This document shows positions 30,447 through 40,500 of a DNA stretch of 64,000 bases, in pieces. Below the pieces are notes generated by a model that was given only the letters and a program-made list of their open reading frames with translations, was not told the DNA's origin and searched no databases. A program made the position numbers and the translations under genes. Source of the stretch: an uncultured delta proteobacterium. Lineage in GTDB: Bacteria > Myxococcota > Myxococcia > Myxococcales > Myxococcaceae. The number at the start of each line of letters is the position of its first letter. Position 1 is the first letter of the stretch. The DNA lies in the NCBI GenBank assembly GCA_963771175.1, contig CAVYSY010000003.1, positions 64,001 through 128,000 of the forward strand. The letters run 5' to 3'.

Positions 30447-30659
30447 ATGAAGAAGGATACGAAGCAGGGCAAGAAGCCGTTCTTCGCGCGCTTGCTGGAG
30501 ACGCAGGAGCTGGAGCACGTGGTGGGCGGTAGGCCGATGAGCGCCGACGCCACCAACAAGTACCCCTCGGACTCGGATGAGGTCGCCATGCCGGTGGTGG
30601 GCCCGAACGGCGCCGACACCACCCACAAGTTCCCCTCGGATAGCGACGAGGCTCTGTAG
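30447..30659 (+). CDS. Microviridin-type (graspetide) RiPP precursor with two core repeats
   Basis: MKKDTKQGKKPFFARLLETQELEHVVGGRPMSADATNKYPSDSDEVAMPVVGPNGADTTHKFPSDSDEAL: PFFARxL leader motif and two TxK(Y/F)PSD cores; AGGAGA RBS; directly upstream of two ATP-grasp genes. Confidence 0.93.
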   Translation: MKKDTKQGKKPFFARLLETQELEHVVGGRPMSADATNKYPSDSDEVAMPVVGPNGADTTHKFPSDSDEAL

Positions 30660-30679
30660 TACCCCGGGCCCCCGGTTCC

Positions 30680-31676
30680 ATGCCCTCCGCCCGCGACACC
30701 GTCCTGCTCCTCACCCACAGCGGCGACCACTACACGGTCGACCGGGTGGCGGAGGAGCTGTCGCGGCGGGGGGCCCGTCCGCTGCGCGTCAACACGGATG
30801 AGTTCCCGTCGACGCTGGAGCTGACGTCGGCGCTGGGCTCCGAGGGCAGTGAGGTGGTGCTGCGCACGGCGGCCGGAGCGCTGCACGCGGAGGAGGTCCA
30901 GTCCGTGTGGCTGCGCCGGTTGGTGCCGCCCCGCCTGGATGAGGAGCTGGAGCCCTCCTACCGCGATGGCTGCCTGCGCGAGTCGCAGGCGGCGCTCGAA
31001 GGCTTTCTCGATGGGCTGACGGAGGCGGGCTGCCGCTTCGTCAACCCGCTCGAGGCGGATCGCGACGGCGAACAACAAGCTGCGCCAGCTCCGGTTGGCC
31101 CGCGCCATGGGTCTGGAGGTGCCGCGCACCCTCGTCACCAATGACGAGGCGCGGGTGCGGTCCTTCTTCGAGCAGGTGCGGGGCCGCATGGTGGCCAAGA
31201 TGCAAACCCCGCTGACTCAGTCCATGCAGGGGGGGAACCCCTTCGTCTACACGACGGCGATCGGCCCCGAGCACCTCGAGGAGCTCGACGGGCTGCGCTA
31301 CAGCCCCATGGTGTTCCAGGAGCGCCTCGACAAGGCGCGCGAGCTGCGGGTGGCCGTGGTGGCCGGGCGCTGCCTGGTGGGGGCCATCGACGCCTCGCGC
31401 TCGGTGGCGGGACAGGTGGACTGGCGGCGGTCCCGGCCGGACGAGGTCCGCTGGGAGCCCGGCGAGCTGCCGGCGGACGTGGCCGAGCGCCTGGGACGCC
31501 TGATGGAGTCGCTGGACCTGGTGTACGGCGCCGTGGACTTCATCGTCACACCCGAGGGCCGACACGTCTTCCTGGAGGTGAACCCCGGGGGCGAGTGGGG
31601 AATGCTCGAGCGAGAGCTCGGTCTGCCCATCGCCGCGGCCCTGGCCGAGGCGCTCGTGGCCGGCGGCTCCCTCTGA
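30680..31676 (+). CDS. mvdC: Microviridin ATP-grasp ligase, MvdC/MdnB-like (lactam-forming); frameshift near 31063
   Basis: VLLLTHSGDHYTVDRVAE, NKLRQL, PMVFQE, ELRV, GAVDFIVTP, FLEVNPGGEWGMLER. Confidence 0.88.
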
Positions 31677-31696
31677 CGGCATTCGCGGGAAAGTCC

Positions 31697-32674
31697 ATGG
31701 CCATCCTCCTCGTCACGCACTCCAAGGACAACCAGGCGCCCCTCTCCGTGGCACGCGCCCTCGAGGCTCGCGGCGAGCGGGTGTACCGGTTCGACACGGA
31801 CCTGTTCCCCACCCGGCTCCAGCTCGCGCTCGACGAGGGCGGCGGCGGGCGGCTCTCCGGGCCGGCGGGCGTGCTCGAGCTGTCGGACGTCACCGCCGTC
31901 TGGTACCGCCGCAACTCGACGGGGGCGGGCATCCCCCAGGACCTGGAGCCGCAGCTCCGTCAGCCCTCGGTGGAGGAGAGCCGGCGTCTGGTGTTCGGGA
32001 TGATGGCGGCGCTCGGCGTCTTCCAGCTCGACGCGCTCGAGGTGGTGCGGCGCGCGGAGCACAAGCCGCTGCAGCTCAAGCTGGCGCGCACGCTGGGGCT
32101 GGAGGTGCCGCGCACGCTGATGACCAATGACCCGGAGGCGGTGCGTGCCTTCGCCGCGAGCTGCCCCAGCGGCGTGGTGACGAAGATGATGTCCTCGTTC
32201 GCCGTGTACGACGAGCGGGGCAAGGAGCAGGTGGTCTTCACCACGCCCCTGAGCCCGAAGGAGCTGGAGGACCTGGAGGGACTGGACCTGTGTCCGATGA
32301 CCTTCCAGGAGCGGCTGACCAAGGCGGTGGAGCTGCGGGTGACGGTGGTGGGAGAGCGGGTGATGGCGGCGGCCATCGACTCGCAGGCGCTGCCGGGCGC
32401 GCGTGAGGACTGGCGTCGCGAGGGCGTGGCGCTCGTCGATGCATGGAAACCCTACACACTGCCCGAGCCGGTGCACGCGCGGGTGCTCGGGCTGATGGAT
32501 GCGCTGGGGCTCAACTACGGCGCGTTCGACTTCATCGTCACCCCCGAGGGGCGGCACGTCTTCCTCGAGGTGAACCCGTCGGGCGAGTTCATGTGGTTGA
32601 TGCGCAACCCGGGCCTGCCCATCGACGAGGCGCTCGCGGACGTGCTCACCGGGCGTGCACCGCGGCGGTCGTGA
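31697..32674 (+). CDS. mvdD: Microviridin ATP-grasp ligase, MvdD/MdnC-like (lactone-forming)
   Basis: ILLVTHSKDN, RFDTDLFPT, HKPLQLKLAR, KMMSSFAVYD...VVFT, CPMTFQE, DWRREG, FLEVNPSGEFMWL. Confidence 0.9.
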   Translation: MAILLVTHSKDNQAPLSVARALEARGERVYRFDTDLFPTRLQLALDEGGGGRLSGPAGVLELSDVTAVWYRRNSTGAGIPQDLEPQLRQPSVEESRRLVFGMMAALGVFQLDALEVVRRAEHKPLQLKLARTLGLEVPRTLMTNDPEAVRAFAASCPSGVVTKMMSSFAVYDERGKEQVVFTTPLSPKELEDLEGLDLCPMTFQERLTKAVELRVTVVGERVMAAAIDSQALPGAREDWRREGVALVDAWKPYTLPEPVHARVLGLMDALGLNYGAFDFIVTPEGRHVFLEVNPSGEFMWLMRNPGLPIDEALADVLTGRAPRRS

Positions 32675-32772
32675 GCCCCCCGGTGCCCGAGCGGTTGGAG
32701 GCCCTCACCGGCCTCCGCTTCCTCGCCGCCTTCCATGCGGCGCCCGCTACGGAGCGCGCAGGAGGCTGGTGA
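32671..32772 (+). pseudogene. N-terminal stub of an acyltransferase-3 (OafA-like) gene
   Basis: GTG overlaps the mvdD stop (GTGA). The peptide VSPPVPERLEALTGLRFLAAFH matches the RxxxLxGLRxxA signature, then runs into the 3' end of the convergent gene. Confidence 0.55.
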
Positions 32773-34269
32773 AGGCCTCCGCCGACGAGTGGTCCACCAG
32801 GGTGGTGACCCGGTAGGGGCTCCGGGTGAGGTCGACGCCCGGCGTCACCTTCGCGTCGATGCGGACGACGTAGGTCTGCCCCGACTGGAGCACGCCCGGT
32901 GGCACCTGGAGGCGCCGCCCCTTGGTGAAGAAGTTCGCCACCGGTTCGTTGGCGGTAAGGGTGGGGTCGCTCGGCCGGGTGAAGAGCCGGAGGATGCGCA
33001 CCTCGTAGACATCCGGGGTCCCCAGCGAGGGCGGCGCCCAGGTGAAGACCGGGGAGAGGGACGCGAGGTCGCGATCCTCCAGCGCGTTGAGGCCGTCCAC
33101 CTGGAGCTGCGTCGGCGGCGAGACGCGCGCCTGCACCGGCCCCGACAGGAAGCGGCCCAGCTCCGCCTGCTCCATCAGCGAGGCGGTCACCGAGCCGCTC
33201 GTCGTCCCCGGCAGCCGCAGGGGGACCGGGTAGCGGTGGTAGACGTTCGCCACCACGCCCCACGTGGACGGATAGGGGTTGCCGAACTCCACCTGGAAGG
33301 GAACGTCCTGGGCGCTCGCGGAGATGCTCCCATGAGCAGCTCCCCGGAGTACCCCACCCAACCCTTCGCGAGCCCGCCGGCGGCCGGCATGATGTTGAGG
33401 TTGTGACGCACGGACCGCGTGCTCAGGGAGACCGCGAGCGGGTGTACCGCGGACCGGAAGAAATCGAAGCTCGCGCGCCGCCAGTCAATGGTGGCCTGCT
33501 GCTGCGGGACGGGATTGAGGGTGCCACTCACCCGAGAGGCCTCACCGTCCGCGCGGAACGTCACATCCGACAGCGTCCGCGCCCGGGAGAGGCTGGAGTA
33601 GTTGAAGCCATTCGACGCGTGCGGGAGATTCTGGAAGATGTAGGAGCGGTCCCCCTTCGCGGCATCGATGAGCTCATTGCGCGCATACCCGTAATCCGAC
33701 AGGTACTCTCCAGGCGCATCGGAGAGCGAGTCGACGCCCGGGGCAACGGAGCTGTCCACGTTGATTGTGCCCGTGGCGCCCGCGTTCGGGGTGACCAGCC
33801 CGAAGCTCAGCATTTCGGTCAGGGGGTCCAGGCCGTCCAGGGTCAGGGTGACGGGGAGCGGCGTCTCCGCGAAGGTGACGCCCTCGCGACCCAGGATGTA
33901 CTCGTCGAGGTCCAGCTCCCGGTGCTCGGTGACGACGTACCCGGTCTGGCGATACTTCAGGTAGTAGGAGCCCTGCGGAACGTTCTCGAACTTGAAGGTG
34001 CCCTGGCCGGTGGCGATGACGGGGCGCGTCTCGAAGGAGCCCTCGACGGGCACCAGCACCGACAGCGCGCTCAGCCCCTCATCATCCACGGTGCGGAGGT
34101 CTTCCGTATCCAGGCGGCGGTGGATGGCGCGCTGGCCCGTGACGACATCCGGGTTCTGCTCCGGCGGGTTCGGCTCCTCACCCCCACAGGAGATGGACAG
34201 CAGGCTGAGCGGGGCGAGCAGGGCGGTGAGACGGCCGATAGCGGGCAGGGAACGACGGTGGGAGGACAT
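32747..34269 (-). CDS. Beta-rich myxobacterial lipoprotein with FN3-like C-terminus (frameshift near 33320)
   Basis: LLSISCGG lipobox; FTWAPPSLGTPDVYEV...LQSGQTYVVRI FN3-like pattern; ORFs 33187-34488 and 32747-33361 join. Confidence 0.65.
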
Positions 34270-34554
34270 CGACGGCTCCTGTTGATCGATTTTGTTCGGT
34301 AATTCGATCGGAAATACGGAGGCACCGTCCCACCCTGGTCGTTCGCACCGCACAATCCGGGCAGTCAGCCGAGCACGCGGGTGAGGGCACACCCACATCC
34401 CGCGAGCAGCAGGCGGGGGTGCAAGGGTTACAAGATGGGAAATTCCGTTCCAGTAGAAAGGCCAGCCGGAGGTAACGCGGGCGGTCACCCGGGACAGAGA
34501 ACTTCCCTCTCGTTCCGAGGACTTGGACAGGGTTGACCCTCCCGTGGGGACAGG

Positions 34555-34570
34555 TGGGCCGTGCTTTGCA
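34555..34570 (+). promoter_or_regulatory. Sigma-54 (-24/-12) promoter candidate for the minor pilin operon
   Basis: TGGGCCGTGCTTTGCA: GG(34556-57)-N10-GC(34568-69) with TTGCA, about 30 nt upstream of the GTG start and its AAGGAG RBS. Confidence 0.55.
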
Positions 34571-34598
34571 CAGGCAGCCGGGCGGAAGGAGTTCCCGC

Positions 34599-35264
34599 GT
34601 GTCCACCCGCTCCCGCTCCGCAGGCTTCACCCTCATCGAACTGCTCGTGGCGGTCGCCCTCCTCGGCATCCTGGCGACGCTCGCCGGCGTGACGGTGTTC
34701 CATGGCACCGCGCGCGTGCGCGTGAGCAATGCCGCCTTCGAGGTGGGCGCGCTGTACTCCGCCGCACAGATGCGGGCCAGCAGCATGGGCGTGCCCCACT
34801 ACGTCGTCTTCCACGATGACGGTACCGACTTCGGCGCCTACCTGCTGGAGCGAGCCGACGCGCTGGGCTTCTACAACTGGGCCAGCGACGACGTGATGAA
34901 CGCGGCCCTGGTGGGAGGAACGCGGCACGAGCACCTCCGACTCTCGCGCGAGAGCGGTCTGGGCTTCGTGAACCTCGCCGCACCGACTCCCAGCCGCAAG
35001 CCCCTGCCCGCGCCCTTCGCCTCCATCCCGCTCACCGCGTCCGGCTCGGGCCGGCTGCTCGGCGGGTGCTCCTTCTGCACCACGGGCACCGGGGGCGCTC
35101 GCGGGGTCCTCCGCTTCTCTCCCAACGGCACCGTGCAGGTGATGACGGGCAGTGCGGAGGCGGGAGGCGTCGTCGCCTTCGCGCCCGACTCGCGCGGCTT
35201 CCAGTCCGGCCCACCCCGTCTGGTCGTCATCGCCACGCCGGCCGGCGCCATCCGGGTCTTCTAG
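34599..35264 (+). CDS. fimU: Type IV minor pilin FimT/FimU-like
   Basis: Prepilin motif AG|FTLIELLVAVALLGILA; first gene of the operon. Confidence 0.8.
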   Translation: MSTRSRSAGFTLIELLVAVALLGILATLAGVTVFHGTARVRVSNAAFEVGALYSAAQMRASSMGVPHYVVFHDDGTDFGAYLLERADALGFYNWASDDVMNAALVGGTRHEHLRLSRESGLGFVNLAAPTPSRKPLPAPFASIPLTASGSGRLLGGCSFCTTGTGGARGVLRFSPNGTVQVMTGSAEAGGVVAFAPDSRGFQSGPPRLVVIATPAGAIRVF

Positions 35265-35278
35265 GAGGACACGTCTCC

Positions 35279-35830
35279 ATGACATCCATTGCTCGCGCTC
35301 CCCATGCCCGAGGCTTCAGCCTCATCGAGGCCCTGGCGGCGCTCGCCGTCTTCTCCATCGGCCTGCTCGGCGTGCTGCACATGAACGTGCTGGCCAGCCA
35401 GCAGAACGGACTGGCCCGGCGTCAGTCCACCGCGAGCAAGATTGGCCGCGACCTGGTGGACGCCTTCGAGCGCCTGCCCTTCCACCACCCACTGCTGTCC
35501 ACCGTGAGCACCCTCGACCCGGTGGAGCCGCGCTTCGCCCGCTTCGATGAGGCCGACGGTCGGGTGAAGCTCTCGGACGCGGTGGCGCTCGTCGGGGAGC
35601 GCCCGCTGCTCGGCGCGGCGCAGGCCAGCGTGAGCGCCGAGGGCACCTACGAGGTGGCCTGGCGGGTGGCGCCCGTGAAGGGCTCGGACGGCAGCACCGA
35701 GGCCCACCGCATCCTGGTGATGGTGCGCTTCCCCACCACCGCCGGGGACCTCAAGCAGGTCAACGTCTGGGCGGTGAAGTTCAACCCCGAGGCCATCGGC
35801 CGGGGCGCCGCGGCCATCCCGGAGATTTGA
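35279..35830 (+). CDS. pilV: Type IV minor pilin PilV
   Basis: RG|FSLIEALAALAVFSIGLLG; position in operon. Confidence 0.82.
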   Translation: MTSIARAPHARGFSLIEALAALAVFSIGLLGVLHMNVLASQQNGLARRQSTASKIGRDLVDAFERLPFHHPLLSTVSTLDPVEPRFARFDEADGRVKLSDAVALVGERPLLGAAQASVSAEGTYEVAWRVAPVKGSDGSTEAHRILVMVRFPTTAGDLKQVNVWAVKFNPEAIGRGAAAIPEI

Positions 35831-35833
35831 GTC

Positions 35834-37057
35834 ATGCGCGCGCCTCCTGGCCCTCGGGGCTTCACCCTGGTCGAGCTGCTCATCGGCACCGCCGTGAGTG
35901 CCCTGGCGCTCACCGGCATCTGCTTCGTCTTCGTGTCGCAGGCCTCGCAGTACCAGGCCCACGCCAGCCGCCGCGCGGTGCAGGCCAGCGTCCGCCAGGC
36001 GCTCGGCGTCATGGAGCGGCACGTGCGCAACGCGGGCTACGGAGTGGACCCGGACCGCGCCATCCTCGCCTACGACTCCTACGATGCGGCCGGGGACGCA
36101 CCCGGTGACGGCTACCCGGACGGCCTCACCGTCCACGCGCGCGACCTGTACTTCCGCCGCCTCGCCACCACCGTGGGCCCGGACTCCCTGCACTTCGACC
36201 ACGAGCTCCAGCGGCCGCTGCGCAAGGGCGAAATCCTCCTCGTCCTCTGCCCCGGCGCCATCCGGTATGCCTACGTGACGGTGGGAGAGACCGCTCCGGC
36301 GAAGGCCACCTCCGTCAAGCTGGACACCTCTCCGGCCCCGGTGGACTCGCCCGCGGGACCTCCCGGCGCGCTCTTCCGCGAGCAGGACAAGCTGGACGAC
36401 GCCTGCTTCCACGACGGCGAGCCGCCGGTGGTGGTGAAGGTGGAGCGCACCAGCTTCTACGTCACCGCCTTCGATGATGACGGGGACCCGGCCACGCCCA
36501 GCGCCACGCCCTACCTCATGCAGCACCGGGGCGTGGACACCAACGACGACGGACACATCGACGCGGCCGACGCCACGCCCGTCGCGGTGGGCATCGAGCA
36601 ACTCCAGGTGGCCTACATCCTCAACACCGTGGGCAACAGCGCGCCGCCACTCGTGGGGGTGGACGGCACCGTGCCCTGGGGCGAGACGTGGAACACCGGG
36701 ACGCCCGAGTCGGCTCGCCCGCGCCTGGACGACGCCTACGCCTCGCTCCGGCGCCTCCAATCGCACCCGGCCAACATCCGGCAGGTGCGCCTCACGCTCG
36801 TCGCGCGCAGCACCCAGCCGGACCGGCAGCGCCCGGGAGATGACGTGCTCACCCCCGGAGCCGCGGGCACCGAGGGCCCCGCGCTTCCCTCCGGCTCCCT
36901 CCCCTGGCGCCAGCTCGAGAACCTGGGCACCACGCCCGCCAAGGCCTTCGACCCGCGTGGCGGCGGCTTCACCCGCGCCGTGCTTCGCGAGGCCATCGCT
37001 CCCAAGAACCTGCTGATGCGCTCCCAGTTCATCCCCATCCACCGGGGAGGAGGCTGA
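35834..37057 (+). CDS. pilW: Type IV minor pilin PilW
   Basis: RG|FTLVELLIG, RNAGYG, GIEQLQVAY, IRQVRLTLVARS. Confidence 0.85.
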   Translation: MRAPPGPRGFTLVELLIGTAVSALALTGICFVFVSQASQYQAHASRRAVQASVRQALGVMERHVRNAGYGVDPDRAILAYDSYDAAGDAPGDGYPDGLTVHARDLYFRRLATTVGPDSLHFDHELQRPLRKGEILLVLCPGAIRYAYVTVGETAPAKATSVKLDTSPAPVDSPAGPPGALFREQDKLDDACFHDGEPPVVVKVERTSFYVTAFDDDGDPATPSATPYLMQHRGVDTNDDGHIDAADATPVAVGIEQLQVAYILNTVGNSAPPLVGVDGTVPWGETWNTGTPESARPRLDDAYASLRRLQSHPANIRQVRLTLVARSTQPDRQRPGDDVLTPGAAGTEGPALPSGSLPWRQLENLGTTPAKAFDPRGGGFTRAVLREAIAPKNLLMRSQFIPIHRGGG

Positions 37058-37060
37058 GCC

Positions 37061-37582
37061 ATGCACTCCCGTCCCACCGGCCCACGAGGCATGGCCCTCG
37101 TGATGTCGCTCATCGTCATCGTCCTCCTCTCCCTGCTGGTGGCGGGCGCCATCACCTTCACCGGCACCGAGCGCAACGCCGCGATGCTCCAGACGCGCGA
37201 GGACTCGCTCTCCGCCTGCACCCAGGCGGCACGCAACCTCTTCCTCGCGCGACTGCGGGTGCTCACGCCGGGCAGCGCCAGCCAGGTGAGGCTCGATGAC
37301 GCGTACGGCGAGGGCCGCATCCGCCTGGGCCACTTCGCGGGCGGCGCCGATGCCGGAGTCCCGCCCACCCCCGGAGGCGGCTCGTCGGCCACCCTCACCG
37401 AGGTGAAGGCCATTCCCGCCAACGCCGTGGGGACCTCGCGCGGCTCGGCGCGGGACATCAGCAACACCCTCGGCGACTCGGCCGAGGGAGCCATCTGGTA
37501 CTCCGTCACGGCGCTCTGCCAGGAGTACCCGGGCGGCCCCGAGCGTGAGGTCGAGTTCGTCGTCCGTGTCGGCCTGCAGTAG
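37061..37582 (+). CDS. pilX: Type IV minor pilin PilX
   Basis: RG|MALVMSLIVIV lacking Glu5, as typical of PilX; directly before pilY1. Confidence 0.78.
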   Translation: MHSRPTGPRGMALVMSLIVIVLLSLLVAGAITFTGTERNAAMLQTREDSLSACTQAARNLFLARLRVLTPGSASQVRLDDAYGEGRIRLGHFAGGADAGVPPTPGGGSSATLTEVKAIPANAVGTSRGSARDISNTLGDSAEGAIWYSVTALCQEYPGGPEREVEFVVRVGLQ

Positions 37583-37598
37583 CCCCGAGGAATCCCTC

Positions 37599-40500
37599 AT
37601 GACTGCCTGGAGCCACCTCCACCGCCTGCTCTCCGCCGCGCTCCTGCTCACCCCCGCGCTGGCCCATACCGAGTCGGAGCCCAGGGCCGCCTGCTGCCAG
37701 CTCACCACCTCGCTGGCCTCCGAGGCCCTGCGCGGTGAGGACCTCACCGGGGACGAGCGCTTCTTCATGAGCGAGGGCACGTCGCCCAACGTCCACTTCC
37801 TCATCGACACCTCGGCCTCCATGCGCGAGCTGCCCCAGGTGAAGGAAGGCGACCATGAGTCCTTCTTCGCCGCGGGCGACGGCTGCACCCAGCCGGCTCT
37901 GCTCGCGGTGGAGGCCGCCAACGGGTGGAACCCGAGCACCGTGTACCCCGTACCGGACGCGGACCACCCCAACCTGTTCCGTGACGACAAGCTCTACGCG
38001 TACATGTTCTGGGAGGACCTCAACGAGCCGGCCCCCAACTGGAACACGAAGGAGGACGCCTGCGCGTTCCAGCACCCGGTGTCCGCGGACCCGACCCGGG
38101 CGCTCTACGACGCGTGCCTCTCCTGCCTCCAGGAAAAGGGCTTCTACAAGCGGCCGGGGGCGGTGGGCTCCAGGCCGGGGATGGATCCCCGCCGCCTCAC
38201 CTACGTCTTCACCGGCCGCTTCCTCAACTTCAACCCGCCCAAGTACGTGACGGCCAAGGCCACCCTCAAGTCCATCCTCCGAGACATGCGGCGGGTGCGC
38301 GTGGGCCTCAGCTACTTCGACGCGGACAACTCGGTGCACGGCGCGCTCATGGCCATGCCGCAGGGCCCCTCGTGCGACGCGCTCCGCGCGAACCCCAACG
38401 CCTTCACCACCGCGCGCGACGGCTACCTCGCGGCCGTGGACTCGCTGCGCTTCAAGGCCGCCACCCCGCTCGCCGAGTCGCTCCTCAACCTCGGGCAGTA
38501 CTTCTCCTCGAGCAACGGCCTCTACACGGACACCTTCGGCTTCGACTCCAGCTACCTCAAGACGGGCTTCCAGAACGTGCTCCTCGGGAGCCCGGAACGG
38601 AGCTGGTGCTGGGGCTGCCAGGCCACCTCCATCGTCATCGTCACCGACGGCGAGCCGAGCGCCGATGACCACGTCCCCGCCGCGAGCATCGAGCTCCTCA
38701 ACGGCGGCCCGGTGACATGCCCCACCGCGGAGCCGTGCCCGGAGGACGCGCAGCACAAGCTGGATGACGTGGCGAAGCTGCTCGCCACCCAGGACCTGCA
38801 GCGCAGCAGCCCGGAGGTGCTGGGCGACCTCGACACCCACGGCCGGCAGAGCCTCACCATCCACGCCATCGGCTTCGGGGTGAACGCCCACATCCTCAAG
38901 AACGCCGCCCGCGTGGGAGGCGGCCTCTACTACCAGGCCAACGACGGCGTGGGGCTGAAGAAGGCCCTGGAGAACGTCATCGCCAACGTGGACCGGCGCG
39001 CCACCTCCTTCTCGTCGGCGTCCGTGTCCGGCACGCAGCTCTCCGGTGCGAACGGCACGCTGGTGCCCCGCCTGCGTCCGGGCCGGGACAGAGACGAGCC
39101 GTGGCGCGGCTACCTCTACCGCTACGAGCTCGCCTCGGAGCTGCTGCTCGGCTGCAAGCCGGACAAGGCCGCGGCCTCCGGTGGGGACACGAAGGACCTC
39201 AACGCGGACAAGGACTGCGAGGATGTCCACCTCATCGACGCGGACGGCGACGCCGTCGTGGAGAACGAGCTGGGGGACTTCGTGAAGCTGAAGGACCGGC
39301 TGCAGCCGGCGCGCCCCTTCTGGGAGGCGGGCCAGCAGCTCAAGGCCACGTCGACACCGACCCAGCGGTGGAAGACGCGCTCCATCTACACCCTCGTGGA
39401 CAACGGCGGCCCCAACGGGGCCGGACCGGATGGACGCCTCGACTCCCACGACACCCCGGTGGCCTTCACCGAGGCGAACGCGACCCTGCTGCGCGAGTTC
39501 CTCGGCATCGGCGAGGGCGGGTGCACGGTGGCCGGCGAGAAGCTGGGACCGGACGACTGCGCCCGGGCCGTCATCCGCTACTACCGGGGCGCGGACGTGC
39601 TGAACACGGACCCGACCCGGCGCGACTTCGACCGGCCCTTCCTGCTGCACGACATCTTCCACTCGGCGCCGCAGAGCGTGGAGCCGCCCATGCCCCGGGC
39701 CTTCTGCGGCTTCTCGCGGCAGTGCCTGCAGACACTCTTCGCCGGGCAGACGGAGCAGAAGGGCTACGCGGAGTCGGGCACGGGCCGCACGCACGACGCC
39801 TATGACGAGTACGTCTCGCGCCACAAGGACCGGGACCGGGTGGTGCTGGTGGGCTCCAACGGCGGCATGCTCCACGCCTTCCACAACGGGCGCGGCGCCG
39901 GGGAGGACCCCGTCACGGGACTCGTGCGGCACGACGAGGGCACGGGCGAGGAGCTGTGGGCCTTCGTCCCGCCGGACCTGCTGCCCAAGCTGCTGCCCAA
40001 GCTGGGCCGGCACGGCTGGTTCGTGGACGGCACGCCCATGGTGCGCGAGGTGTGGCTGGACGGCGTGGGCCGGCCGGGAGACGCGGTGGCCGATGGGAAG
40101 AAGCAGGCCAGCGAGTTCCGCACCGTGGCCGTCGTGGGCTCGGGCACGGGCGGCGTGCACCGCTTCGCGCTCGACGTGACGGCGCTGCTGCGCAGCCCGG
40201 GTGCGGCACAGTCGGGGCGGGCGCCCAGCGAGAAGGGCGACTTCCTGTGGATGTGGCCGCAGCCGTGCGACCCGCTCGCGCTGCAGCTCGGCGAGAGCGA
40301 TGGCCACTTCGCGTCCCGCCCGCCGCCCATCGGCCCGGTGGCCCTGGACGACCCGGACGGCCCGTGGAAGGTGGAGGGCAAGAAGGCCCGCGAGCAGTGG
40401 GTCGTCTTCCTCAACGGCGGCTATGACCGCTCGCTCAGCCGGGGCCGGGGCCTGGCCATGGTGGACCTGCGCTCGGGCGAGACGCTGTGGAGCTTCTTCG

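Noticed and set aside
10616..32674. M43 proteases as maturases or targets of the microviridin
   Set aside because: They lie more than 11 kb away with unrelated genes between, and microviridins are known as serine-protease inhibitors; no sequence evidence links them.
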